From NCBI RefSeq assembly GCF_001194135.2, contig NC_068989.1, positions 58,848,659 to 58,881,494 on the forward strand: a stretch of DNA of 32,836 nt, read 5' to 3'. The notes beneath the pieces were generated by a model. The model worked only from the letters and a program-made list of their open reading frames with translations, made no database searches and was not told the origin of the DNA. The stretch is from Octopus bimaculoides. Lineage: Eukaryota. Shown here piece after piece: positions 12,399 through 22,530 of the stretch; the stretch's first letter is position 1; each line of letters opens with the position of its first letter. A program made the translations under genes and the position numbers.

Positions 12399-12548
12399 GG
12401 CGATGGGCTGATAGAATCGCTAGCACGCCAGGCAAAATACTTAGCGGCATTTCGTCCGCTCGTGATTTCAAATTTTCTTTCAAGGCTAGCAAAATCGAGG
12501 AAGAGATAAGTCGATTACGTCGAACCTTGGATTCAACTGGTATTTATT
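12399..12548. mobile_element. SINE with + strand head fused to an inverted (- strand) 3' part
   Basis: 12399-12460 matches the reverse complement of the 10741-10791 head; about 12466-12548 matches the forward reading of 10606-10692 (tail/core). Confidence 0.65.
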
Positions 12549-12742
12549 ATATATATATGTGTGTGTATATATATATGTATATANNNNNNNNNNNNNNNNN
12601 NNNNNNNNNNNNNNNNNNNNNNNNNNNNNNNNNNNNNNNNNNNNNNNNNNNNNNNNNNNNNNNNNNNNNNNNNNNNNNNNNNNNNNNNNNNNNNNNNNNN
12701 NNNNNNNNNNNNNNNNNNNNNNNNNNNNNNNNNNNNNNNNNN

Positions 12743-12830
12743 TATATATGTTTGCTCAAGCACACGACGCACCACTGGGAATAGAACACACGATCGTAAA
12801 GCGAATACCCTAACCACTAAACCACACGTG
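12743..12830 (-). mobile_element. SINE head fragment (family of 6433-6676)
   Basis: ttgctcaagcacac..gaatagaacacacgatcg..gcgaataccctaaccactaaaccac parallels 6597-6676. Confidence 0.6.
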
Positions 12831-13187
12831 ATGAATTAAATACAAATAACCCCTTTTACTGTTGGTTAGTCCCAGATCGATTTGGATCAAGTAAATCTAT
12901 GATAAAACACGTTCTAGCCATGACTATCTCATCGTACTTTCAAATACACCGTACAGAGAACTATATTATCGACTGTACGTCCTTTAAATGGTAGAGTGTA
13001 ATATGAAGGTGATGTAGTTACATATTGTAGTGGTTTAACGATTGAGTCGAAAGTAAAAGTGATAAAGTGTGATGTGAGGAAGATTTGGCTGTTATTACTA
13101 GTAGGTATAGGGATTGTGTACAAGCATCTCATTCGGAGGTAACCTTTATATCTAAATTATGTATGCATATATATAAATATATATACC

Positions 13188-13231
<44 letters not shown>

Positions 13232-13341
13232 GTAACTACGTATAATATATACATAAAAATGTCTGTGCATATATGTGTATGAATATATATTTGTATGCAT
13301 GTGTATAAACATATTTGTATATACATACACGCGCACTCACT

Positions 13342-13374
<33 letters not shown>

Positions 13375-14319
13375 GGATGTACGTATACTCTCCTATGCGT
13401 ATGTTTTAATTTGTGTGAGATGGATTTTGTCTGTGTATGTATGAGTTAAAATTATCTCTCGGAAAATGTTTTTTAATGAGCCGTTTCTTTTTTCCTTTTT
13501 CAACTATTAATCGCAAGCACAGCCTATGTCCCCCACCCCTCCACCAGTGACATGACTCATTCTCAATTGGGAATGAAACTGTCGCCTTTAAGTCTGCCTA
13601 TCATTCTATTTGTCGTTCAGCCTCTCTTTTATGTAAATCTTTTACACATTCTGCCTAAATCTTTTACATGTAATTACATATATAGTTCAGCATGTATAGA
13701 ATCATCCACACATGTGCGTGTACACATATTCTTAAATGTATATGTATGCATCTCTCTCTCATATATATATATATATAATTATGTTGTTTTCCGTTAGTAA
13801 CGTGTTAGAGTACAGTATAGAGCACGTGCACCTTTAGAATAACCCAGTAGTATAGGTAGCATCATTATATTCTTCGAACCCTAAAATTGCTCATTCGACG
13901 TGTGTCAATATAAAATTGAAGAAATTGGAGTGAGGAAGAGGGAGTACGGTTGGACATTTGTTTATTATTCGCTACAGTTGATTATGCAACTGTTTGTTTG
14001 CATAATGAGATCTAGTTGTGTTTCCTCAGGCGATATACAAGTGTTGTCTCCATTAGTTTGAAATCTTCGACTTCAAGGCCGTCCTCTCTCTTTGTAGTAG
14101 TTTGAATCTGGTGGTGGCTGAAATCCTCACGCTGCGAGTTGTGAGAGCGCGTTTGTCCGACTATTATGGAAGATAGTGTGTGTATACATGTACATACACA
14201 TGTATACATACATACACACATACATACAACATACATACATACAACATAGACACAGACAAACAGACAGACACACACATATATATTAGATTTCAATTGTAGA
14301 GAATAATAAACAAATGTCC

Positions 14320-14613
14320 AACCGTATTCTCTTCCTGACTCCCGACCCCTCCCCTCCTTCAAATGAGCCCACAACCTACAAGACCTATTGTTCCACAGCT
14401 TCTTCCCTAAGCCAACCTCCCAACCCGGCTCGTTCCCCTGCTCCCGTCCACGCTGCCGCACTTGCCCTTACCTCTCCAACACCACCCTCCTCAACGGCAC
14501 CCACCATCGCCCCTTTCGCATCACCGATTCCTTCACCTGCACTTCTACCAATGTCATCTACTGCATCTCCTGCTCTCTCTGGCCGTCTGTATACATCGTG
14601 CAAACGGGACGCC
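14320..14613 (+). mobile_element. Penelope-like element (Neptune-type) linker and GIY-YIG N-terminal half, pseudogenised and cut by a gap
   Basis: RPLPSFK*AHNLQDLLFHS..GSFPCSRPRCRTCPY..FRITDSFTCTSTNVIYCISCSLWPSVYIVQTGR: Cys-rich linker plus a VIY..YIxQT GIY-YIG motif. Confidence 0.85.
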
Positions 14614-15079
14614 NNNNNNNNNNNNNNNNNNNNNNNNNNNNNNNNNNNNNNNNNNNNNNNNNNNNNNNNNNNNNNNNNNNNNNNNNNNNNNNNNNNNNNN
14701 NNNNNNNNNNNNNNNNNNNNNNNNNNNNNNNNNNNNNNNNNNNNNNNNNNNNNNNNNNNNNNNNNNNNNNNNNNNNNNNNNNNNNNNNNNNNNNNNNNNN
14801 NNNNNNNNNNNNNNNNNNNNNNNNNNNNNNNNNNNNNNNNNNNNNNNNNNNNNNNNNNNNNNNNNNNNNNNNNNNNNNNNNNNNNNNNNNNNNNNNNNNN
14901 NNNNNNNNNNNNNNNNNNNNNNNNNNNCTCCCCTCTCCTCTCTCCCCTCTCCTCTCTCTCCCTCACACCTACTTCCTCCCACCCACCCACCTCTCCTCTT
15001 TTGCTCCGACTCCTACTTCTCTTCACTCCTACTCTCCTTCTTTCTTCTCTTCACTCCTACCCACCCTCTCCCTTCCTCC

Positions 15080-16490
15080 GTCAGCGTCAACCCGTTTTGG
15101 AAGGTTTGGAGGAGCGGTCCTATGTAGGACATTGGGATTGTCCACAGGAAAAATCAAAACTGCAACGACTGTGAGTATAGAAAAAACACTCAAAAATATT
15201 AAACACCTGACGATTTTTGTAACAAGAAGTCAGAAGTTCGGAGTGGTAGAAGCTAGGTTCGCATCTGAAGAAATAGCAGCAGAGCATGCAGTAGACGCGA
15301 TTAGGAATGACGAGTGGGCTTTCCTACCGAGCTACTGCGGGAAAAGAATGGCGAGAGTAAGGGTGGGTAAAATCCCACCCGAATACGACGAGACGTGGAT
15401 TATGGTGGCAGTCTTGTTTCACATGAAACAGAGTCCGAAAACATTAAAGGCAACAAGAACTCAAAAGTTGGACTTCTGGGGGTACGGGCTAGAAGTAAAA
15501 ATTCAAGCCACCCTGGAAGATCTTAATTCCATAATTGAAGAAATAGTACTGGCCGAAGGAAACAAGTTGAAAGTGGCGGTAGAGGGCAGGCCTTTGAAAC
15601 GTTTTTTGTGTAGCAAAAGAGGACACAAAAAAGCGGACTGCCCTCAAAGCAAGGAAAAAGGGAGGGAGGAGAGTTCGACGCAAAGAGAGAGAGAAACGTG
15701 GTGGAATGTGCAGAAGGAACTGAAACAGTGGATACAGAAGAGGAATTCGTGGAGGTGAAACCGCGGAAAAGAAAAAGTAGAAGGGGTTCTCCACCGAAGA
15801 AGTTGAAAAAGAGAAAGAGGGAATGGGAAGTAACGGAGAAAAAATGATGACAAGAAAACAGAAGAGGAAAGTTTGAAAGTTTTTCCTCTGGAGGTGAGAT
15901 TGAAGAGAGGTGAAGAGATGGTATTATGTAGAGTATCAAAAGAGTATACATACAAGTCAGTAATACGGGTAAAATTACCTAAGGATTACGACAAGGATGG
16001 GACTAAAGCAATAATAATAGAGCTGAACTGCTATGAGGAGTTGAAAAAAAGGTGAGACATGGGAATGGTACAGTTTGAAGTCGAGTTTGAAAAGGTGGAA
16101 CCAGTAACCGACTGGGATGACGTGACACCGCTAATAAAGGACTGTCCTTCAGATAGCCCTCAGTCAATGGATAGCGAGTAAGAAGACTGTTTTTATTGGA
16201 AAGACAATGCGTCAAGAATCTGATGTGGACTGCCGGATAATACACGGATTGGTGGCTTGCAATGGTATGTCATATGTTAGTTAATTGTTATTTAAACATC
16301 CGATAATAAGTGACTGTAAACAAAATTAATGGTACTGCGTATGATGAGGGGCGCATGCAGCCATTCATAATTTCATTGTTATCTAACCATTTCATTCATA
16401 TTTGTTCTATGTATTGTCCCCTCTGCGGTGTCTTGTATGTCCTTGTTTGTCCCCCTCTATGTTGAGCCCTTGTGGCTATAATAAAGAAAC
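15080..16490 (+). mobile_element. L1/Tx1-type non-LTR element: ORF1 (gag-like, zinc knuckle) plus 3' UTR and polyA signal; no ORF2
   Basis: Open frame about 15080-15758 ending in GRPLKRFLCSKRGHKKADCP (CX2CX4HX4C with first Cys>Arg, 15600-15641); frameshifted K/E-rich continuation to TAA 16179-16181; AATAAA at 16480-16485. Confidence 0.75.
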
Positions 16491-16775
16491 AGGAGCCGTG
16501 GGTAGGAGTCGTCAGAGAGTGTTGGAGTTAATTTTTGTGAGTTACATTGTTAATTGACTGTGAATGAATTATTACTGCATGTTGAAGGCTTTCCCTGCGC
16601 GGGTGTGCCTGTATATTTCTGTTGTTTGTGATTCAATTGTATAACAGAGAATTTGAATATCTCGAGCCAGAGCTATGCAGCGGCGGCAAAAGGTAGTAAC
16701 AATATTGCCTCGTTAACAGTGATGGACTTAAAGTAGAAACAGACAGAATTAAAGAATGTGTTTTTTCTTGTGTCG
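16491..16775 (+). mobile_element. Putative 5' UTR and ORF1 N-terminus of the same L1/Tx1-type family
   Basis: 16659 onward reads ISSQSYAAAAKGSNNIASLTVMD.., frameshifting to VETDRIKE; SYAxxxK is typical near L1/Tx1 ORF1 starts (recalled, not searched). Confidence 0.4.
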
Positions 16776-17786
16776 TTTTCTTCTATAATATCTTTCGAAG
16801 TTGGCTGGTGTCATGCTTCCTTTACTTTCAACTCACTAATCATTCATTTCTACTTCTCTCATCACTCTAGCTACTCCAATCCTCACAAATAAACCACTAC
16901 GCATTATTCTGTGTCTCTGGAACGTTGATTCTCTGGAAGCTTCTCTCTGCTCTTGCTTTTCCTGCAGATTTTGTCTTACAATAGTTTTTTTTTTTGTGGT
17001 ACATTAATGGCATCAATTTCACTAGTCTTGGAGGGCTTGCGAAGACAATGAGACAACCCTTTCCTTTGATTCAGCTAGTAGAAATATATCTAACATTAGT
17101 CTATTTTTAAAGTCTTACTCACGGGACCATATAACAGCTCGAAGAAACTCGAGACCCTAAATAAGAGATACGTTTAAATCTATTGACTTATTATTTTCAA
17201 ATGTGTCTCAGATTTTGATTTACAGATATGTCACAGTTTGTATAATTAATCATACATATGGAGAATAGCGTTTCTTTTTTGCACATTTCATTTCATAAAC
17301 AATTATATTCAAACTTTATCTTTCTTATTGCATATTGTTTCATATTTTCTTATTGGCTTTTTGCAGCTGATTTGGAGCAATAAAGTTCATAAATCCATAT
17401 CCAACGTTTCCACTTTCACAGTCTCATTTTCAAGGAGTGAATATATTTGGCCTTTGTGTTGTTACCATATAGTGGTTGAATTCATGTAGAGTTTTCCCTC
17501 CCCACCCAGAGGTTTTTTGACTTTACGTACATATGAACATACGTATATATATACATATATGTACATATGTACACATATATGTGCTAAAATTCACTTACAC
17601 ACACATGTGCACACACGCATGCGCGCGCACGCACACACGCATACACACTCACACACATACATACACATTGTGAACTCTGAGTCAATTTCATCTTCAAAAT
17701 AATTTTCCCTCTTCTCTCAGTAACAGTCATACTATCGGTAAATGCTAAGTTGATATTTTTGAAAGCACTTTAAAATGATTTTCTCT

Positions 17787-17912
17787 AAGTTTTGGCACAA
17801 GACCAACAATTTTGTGGGGATGCGGAAGTAGATTGCATCGACCCAAGTGCTCAAATTTTGTTTATTTTATCGGCCCCGAAAGAACGAAAGGCAAAATCTA
17901 CCTCTGCAAAAT
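17787..17912 (-). mobile_element. SINE fragment (family of 10186-10791)
   Basis: ttttggcacaagaccaacaatt..catcgacccaagtgctcaa..tatcggccccgaaagaacgaaaggcaaaatctacc matches those copies. Confidence 0.7.
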
Positions 17913-17941
17913 AATACTAATAGTTTAACATCTACAGCACA

Positions 17942-17970
<29 letters not shown>

Positions 17971-17972
<2 letters not shown>

Positions 17973-18146
17973 GTCTAGACATGCAGCTATATGCCTGAGA
18001 ATATATACATAAAACAAAACATACAGATCTGCACATGCACTAACTCCAAATACTGCACATATGCATGAAAAAATACCCTATTCATGTTGGTGAAATTCCA
18101 ATGAAGGAGTATTTCTCTATTGGCAAGAAATCTTGAAATAAAACTG
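17971..18146 (+). mobile_element. 3' UTR fragment of the R4/Dong-like family seen at 31932-32455
   Basis: atgtctaga.atgca.ctat.tgc.tgagaat and gaaattc..atgaaggag..tttctctattg.caagaaatcttgaaataaa are shared with 32204-32440. Confidence 0.7.
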
Positions 18147-18192
<46 letters not shown>

Positions 18193-18206
18193 TGTATGTA
18201 TGTATG

Positions 18207-18293
<87 letters not shown>

Positions 18294-18334
18294 TTAGATA
18301 GATAGATAGAAAGATAGATAGATAGATATATAGT

Positions 18335-18376
<42 letters not shown>

Positions 18377-18378
18377 TA
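18147..18378. repeat. Compound microsatellite (TA)n(TATG)n(TA)n(GA)n(GATA)n
   Basis: Direct reading. Confidence 0.95.
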
Positions 18379-18720
18379 GGCGCAGGAGTGGCTGTGTGGT
18401 AAGAAGATCGCTTCCCAGCCACATGGTTCCGAGTTCAGTCTCACTATGTGGTACCTTGGGCAAGTGTCTTCTAGTATCGCCTCGGGCCGACCAAAGCCTT
18501 GCGAGTGGATTTGGTAGACGGAAACTGAAAGAAAACCGTCGTATGTATATTTGTGTCTGTGTTTGACCCCCCGCTTCGTAACTTAGTCGTTCGGCAATAG
18601 AGACCGATAGAATAAGTACTAGGCTTACAAAGAATAAGTCCTGGGGTCGATTTCTTTGACTAAAAACACTTTAAGGTGGTGCTGCAGCATGGTCGCAGTC
18701 TGAAACAAGTTAAAAAATAA
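18379..18720 (+). mobile_element. Near full-length tRNA-derived SINE (CORE-like central domain)
   Basis: ggcgcaggagtggctgtgtggtaag (A box), ggttccgagttcagtc (B-box remnant), ccttgggcaagtgtctt core, 3' tail ..ctgaaacaagttaaaaaataa. Confidence 0.8.
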
Positions 18721-18791
18721 ATGAATATATTTGTGTGTGTGTGTGTATCTGTGTGTGTGTGTGCGTGCGTGCGTGCATGTGCACACACACA

Positions 18792-18842
<51 letters not shown>

Positions 18843-20216
18843 GCATTATGTATGTATGTATGTATGTATCTATTCACATGTAACTGTACTCTTTTCGATC
18901 GAATATTTCGTGCAAACGGATTTTTTACATTTACATTTTTTAATATTTACATTTCAGTTTCAAGACAGTAAATAATAGGAAAAAAGGAATTTCAAGTTTT
19001 AATTTTTTTGCATTTTCCCCATCCCTCTTTCTACATTTTCTGCTTATCTTTGTACAAATTATTTATATTCATTTTCATTTTATTTTATTGAAAACGTAAC
19101 TACTAAAACTATGTTTCACTTAGACATATATGCACATAAGAATTCTTCACCTCACCCTATGCGCCCATCATTCTTACACCCGCCATTACATTTCCTGGCG
19201 ATAAATTTGTTTTGTTGTCCTTTGTTAACTGTCCTGTGTGTGTGTGTACATTAATATGTGTCTACCGTTGAATATATGTATATATGTTGTGCATGTATGT
19301 CAGGTCAGAAATAAGTATCACAAGTAACGTAATCCAGTATAATCTGTTTTCATGGTCGGGTCGTCTGCGATGAAATCAGCTAGTGTCTAACGGAATATCT
19401 AGTGATAAAGTTGCCAGAAATCTAATAAAAAATTAAGAATAAAAGACTTTGTAAAGGCAGATGAACCCAGCATAGAATCAGTGTCTGTCCAGTAACAAAG
19501 TGCGATAACAATAGGTATATTGGAATGCGAAATAAGTGTCGACTAAGACCATTTTCCGTAAGACGCTTTAGTTCTCGTCAATCTAGAACTGGAGGGTCTT
19601 TCTAAAATATATAAAACGCTGAAGTTTAAACCCCACTGTTTTGTAGATTGCCTTGGTGAAGACCAAGATAAAGAAACTCTTATATATAACATTCGCTTAA
19701 TTCTCTCACTAATCATTTTCTAATCATTGGGACATGATAGTCGATACTGAAAGAGTAGTATTTGTGTTGCTCCTGCGTCTGTTATTATAATCTCCACGAG
19801 GTACATGTACTTTCAAACACTTTAGTACATTATGTCTCACATGACTAATAATATTTAGCATCGAAGTATTTTATGAGTAATATGAACAAAATAACTAATT
19901 TTATCTATACTAGTTTCTCGAAGTCTTTTGGCAATGGATGTATGATAATTTTTAGAGACTTGACGAGGTGGAAATAAATTAGGCAGTATAGGCTTTTAAC
20001 TTGGATTTTTGTTTTTGTTCAATCTTGGCAATTAGAAGAATTAGATGAAATCTCCTGTGACTGAGCTCGCCCAGTTACTGGAAATGAATTAGAAAAGATA
20101 TACCAAACATTGCCTGCTCCACAACTAACGGTAGTTCATTTCAACGGGAACAACAAATGTAAAAGCGTTCAAATAAAGTGTTAAAACATAAACAAGCAAA
20201 AGACATCATCAACAGA

Positions 20217-20480
20217 CTCGCTGTTGGAATGTGTGAGCCTATTAGATGATTATAAATCTAGCAAACTTGAGCGCAATAATTCACTTGTTTCAGCAGAACT
20301 TGATTGATACAAGATTGATAGTGTTACCCTTTCAGAAACACTTTTGTCTGGGAAATTGGCTACAGTTTCTTTTGAGTTATCAAACTAACAAATGAGAAAC
20401 GAGAGAGAGGAGTTGACTTTGCGATCGAGAAGAAGCTCTCTGATATCTAAATGGAACATAGTTACCGTAAATGCAGACTG
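20217..20480 (+). mobile_element. RTE-clade LINE apurinic endonuclease N-terminal fragment (decayed)
   Basis: Translates approximately LAxWNV*..LLDD..LERNNSLVSAELD*YKIDSVTLSET..GYSFF..RERGVDFAI, matching the RTE/BovB APE pattern WNVRTL..ERRTALVxxEL..YxxDIxALSET..GYTFFW..GVGFAI. Confidence 0.7.
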
Positions 20481-20752
20481 CTACTATTCATTTGAAATAT
20501 TGAAAAGCATCCCAAGCTAGATTACATATTGCAGTCATCAACTTTCTGGGCATTAAAACCCCTAAATTGCATTATTTTATCACCTGTCGGTTTGGAAAGG
20601 ATGGCATTTCTAAGATGCCCGTTGAAAAGTAACTGTTTCCTCCTTTGAGTTAAGAGACGATGCATACACAGACCAAAGAATGTTACATGACAACCATAAG
20701 AGAGTGGCGAATAGGCAAAATATTTAGCTTATATATATATATATATATATAT

Positions 20753-20920
20753 GGGAGAATTTACGAAAAAAACAACAACAACAGACGAGGACAGGTGGTG
20801 TAAACAACAAAAGGATGTATTAGTTTAACGCTCGGGAATACAGAAAGTCTTTAACGTTTCGAGCTACGCTCTTCAACAGAAAGAATATGGAGAAAACAAG
20901 GAGAAAAACACGGAGAAAAG

Positions 20921-20924
<4 letters not shown>
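20753..20924 (-). mobile_element. Penelope-type pseudo-LTR fragment inserted in (TA)n
   Basis: Carries a minimal hammerhead-like motif and a C/T-rich minus strand; flanked on both sides by (TA)n. Confidence 0.6.
20848..20884 (-). ncRNA. Minimal type I hammerhead-like motif with variant core CUGUUGA
   Basis: Minus strand TCTTT CTGTTGA A GAGC GTA GCTC GAAA CG TT AAAGA: 5-bp stem I, 4-bp stem II, ACGT palindromic stem III. Confidence 0.55.
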
Positions 20925-20951
<27 letters not shown>

Positions 20952-21694
20952 CAGTGAACATATACATGTACACATACATGCAAGCATGCGCGCGTACACA
21001 GAGACACAGAAAAATTTACAAAGGACTTGGACAGAGTATTCCACTTTGAAACAGTGCAGTGTTAGCGAAGAAATCAATGATAACTTTAATATGCAGGAAG
21101 TCGAACGCTGTTATCCGCATCCTAAACATACCCATTTTTGCACCATTCTATCACACCCTTTTAAAGTATAAGTAAATAATGACATCTTAGACACATCTAG
21201 TCATGCACTGGGCTCAGTGAGACCGAGTGACATAAAGTCACTCACCTACCCTACCCAGCCTCTCATACAAACATGCTTTCTTCTCTCTCGCCTCTTTCTA
21301 CGTCAACTAAAATAGTATATGTTTCTTGGAATCGGTTGATTTCGTACTACCTAATATCGGATATTCTCTACATATGTTTCGCTCCTCCATCCTCAACAGT
21401 TTTCTGTATAACACCATCAGGCTCCGCACTAAACACTATGCCTAATCTGTCTCCCCAGAATGTTAACCTTCTGGAATTCTTCACCCACGCCTTTCCATCA
21501 TATTTTTTCTGCAGTCGTTTACTTGCAGAATTTCCTATAGATCGTTAACGATGTCAGAATCCTTATAAAGCAATGAGCACTGCCGTTACCGCCAGATTTG
21601 GCAATTAAAAGAATGTGAAAGTTTTAACCTTTCTGTTTTAGCGACTCCCCACCGGCGAACAACCCAGTGCTGGTAAAACTTCGAAGTCGCAGTC

Positions 21695-21695
<1 letters not shown>

Positions 21696-21778
<83 letters not shown>
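21696..21778. repeat. (TA)n(GT)n microsatellite
   Basis: Direct reading. Confidence 0.9.
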
Positions 21779-21780
<2 letters not shown>

Positions 21781-22275
21781 TGTTAGGGTCACCTCTTTTG
21801 TGTATAAATGTACACTAATTTTATATGAAAAATATGTCGTCTATTGACTGTTTTATGCAGAAAAATTATGGTAGAAACTTTCTCTAATTTTTTTACCCTA
21901 CATATATTTTCTTAATATGATATTCATAATTTTGAAGAAAGTCGGCACATATATTTTCATTTACTGCCGACTGTAACTGCGCTTGCGCGGTGGATTTGAA
22001 AAGTTATAATGTATAAAGATGAGATATGTGCTGTCTATTTGTCCCATAGTTATATGTTAATTGTAGCACCATTGCTGATGAGAACACGGATAGCAAATTA
22101 TTTTATTTGTTCATTGATGTTCGAAACCTAGGTACAAGTGATAACTACTGAAAATGTTTTTATTTTTCATCGTCTTCGAAATTACTCTTAACCGTGGTTT
22201 GGGCTTTGACTGCTCCTTTTAGCATGTAAGGTGTCCTGTTAGGGTCACCTCTTTTGTGTATACATGTACATTAAT
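21775..22275 (+). mobile_element. Non-coding hammerhead-containing element with 45-bp terminal direct repeats (retrozyme-like)
   Basis: Direct repeats 21775-21819 and 22231-22275 (43/45 identical, offset 456); internal hammerhead; no ORF of 60 aa or more inside the unit; microsatellite on both flanks. Confidence 0.65.
22067..22140 (+). ncRNA. Type I hammerhead ribozyme, canonical core
   Basis: CAC-ca-TTG / CTGATGA (22075-81) / GAAC..GTTC stem II / GAAA (22123-26) / C-CTAG-G / TA, cleavage after A22134 / CAA-GTG. Confidence 0.85.
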
Positions 22276-22279
22276 ATGA

Positions 22280-22428
22280 TATATATGTGAGTGTGTGTGT
22301 ATATGTGTGTGTGTGTGTGTATACATACATACATGCATACACACATACACACATACACACACATATACATATGAATATATAAACGTATGTATATTCATAT
22401 ACGTACAAATATATATCTTATACACACA

Positions 22429-22468
<40 letters not shown>

Positions 22469-22530
22469 TATATGTGCAAATGTGGATGTGTATATGTATA
22501 TACACATACAGAAACACACACACACGTACT
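22280..22530. repeat. Compound TA/GT/AC/CATA microsatellite
   Basis: Direct reading. Confidence 0.85.

Noticed and set aside
14388-15758. 456-aa ORF appearing to fuse a GIY-YIG domain to a zinc-knuckle gag
   Set aside because: The frame is carried through 314 Ns of estimated length and a C/T low-complexity tract; the halves belong to different element classes.
21240-21520. Possible minus-strand RTE C-terminal remnant and GAGTGAC/GTCACTC hairpin
   Set aside because: Similarity too weak to call by eye.
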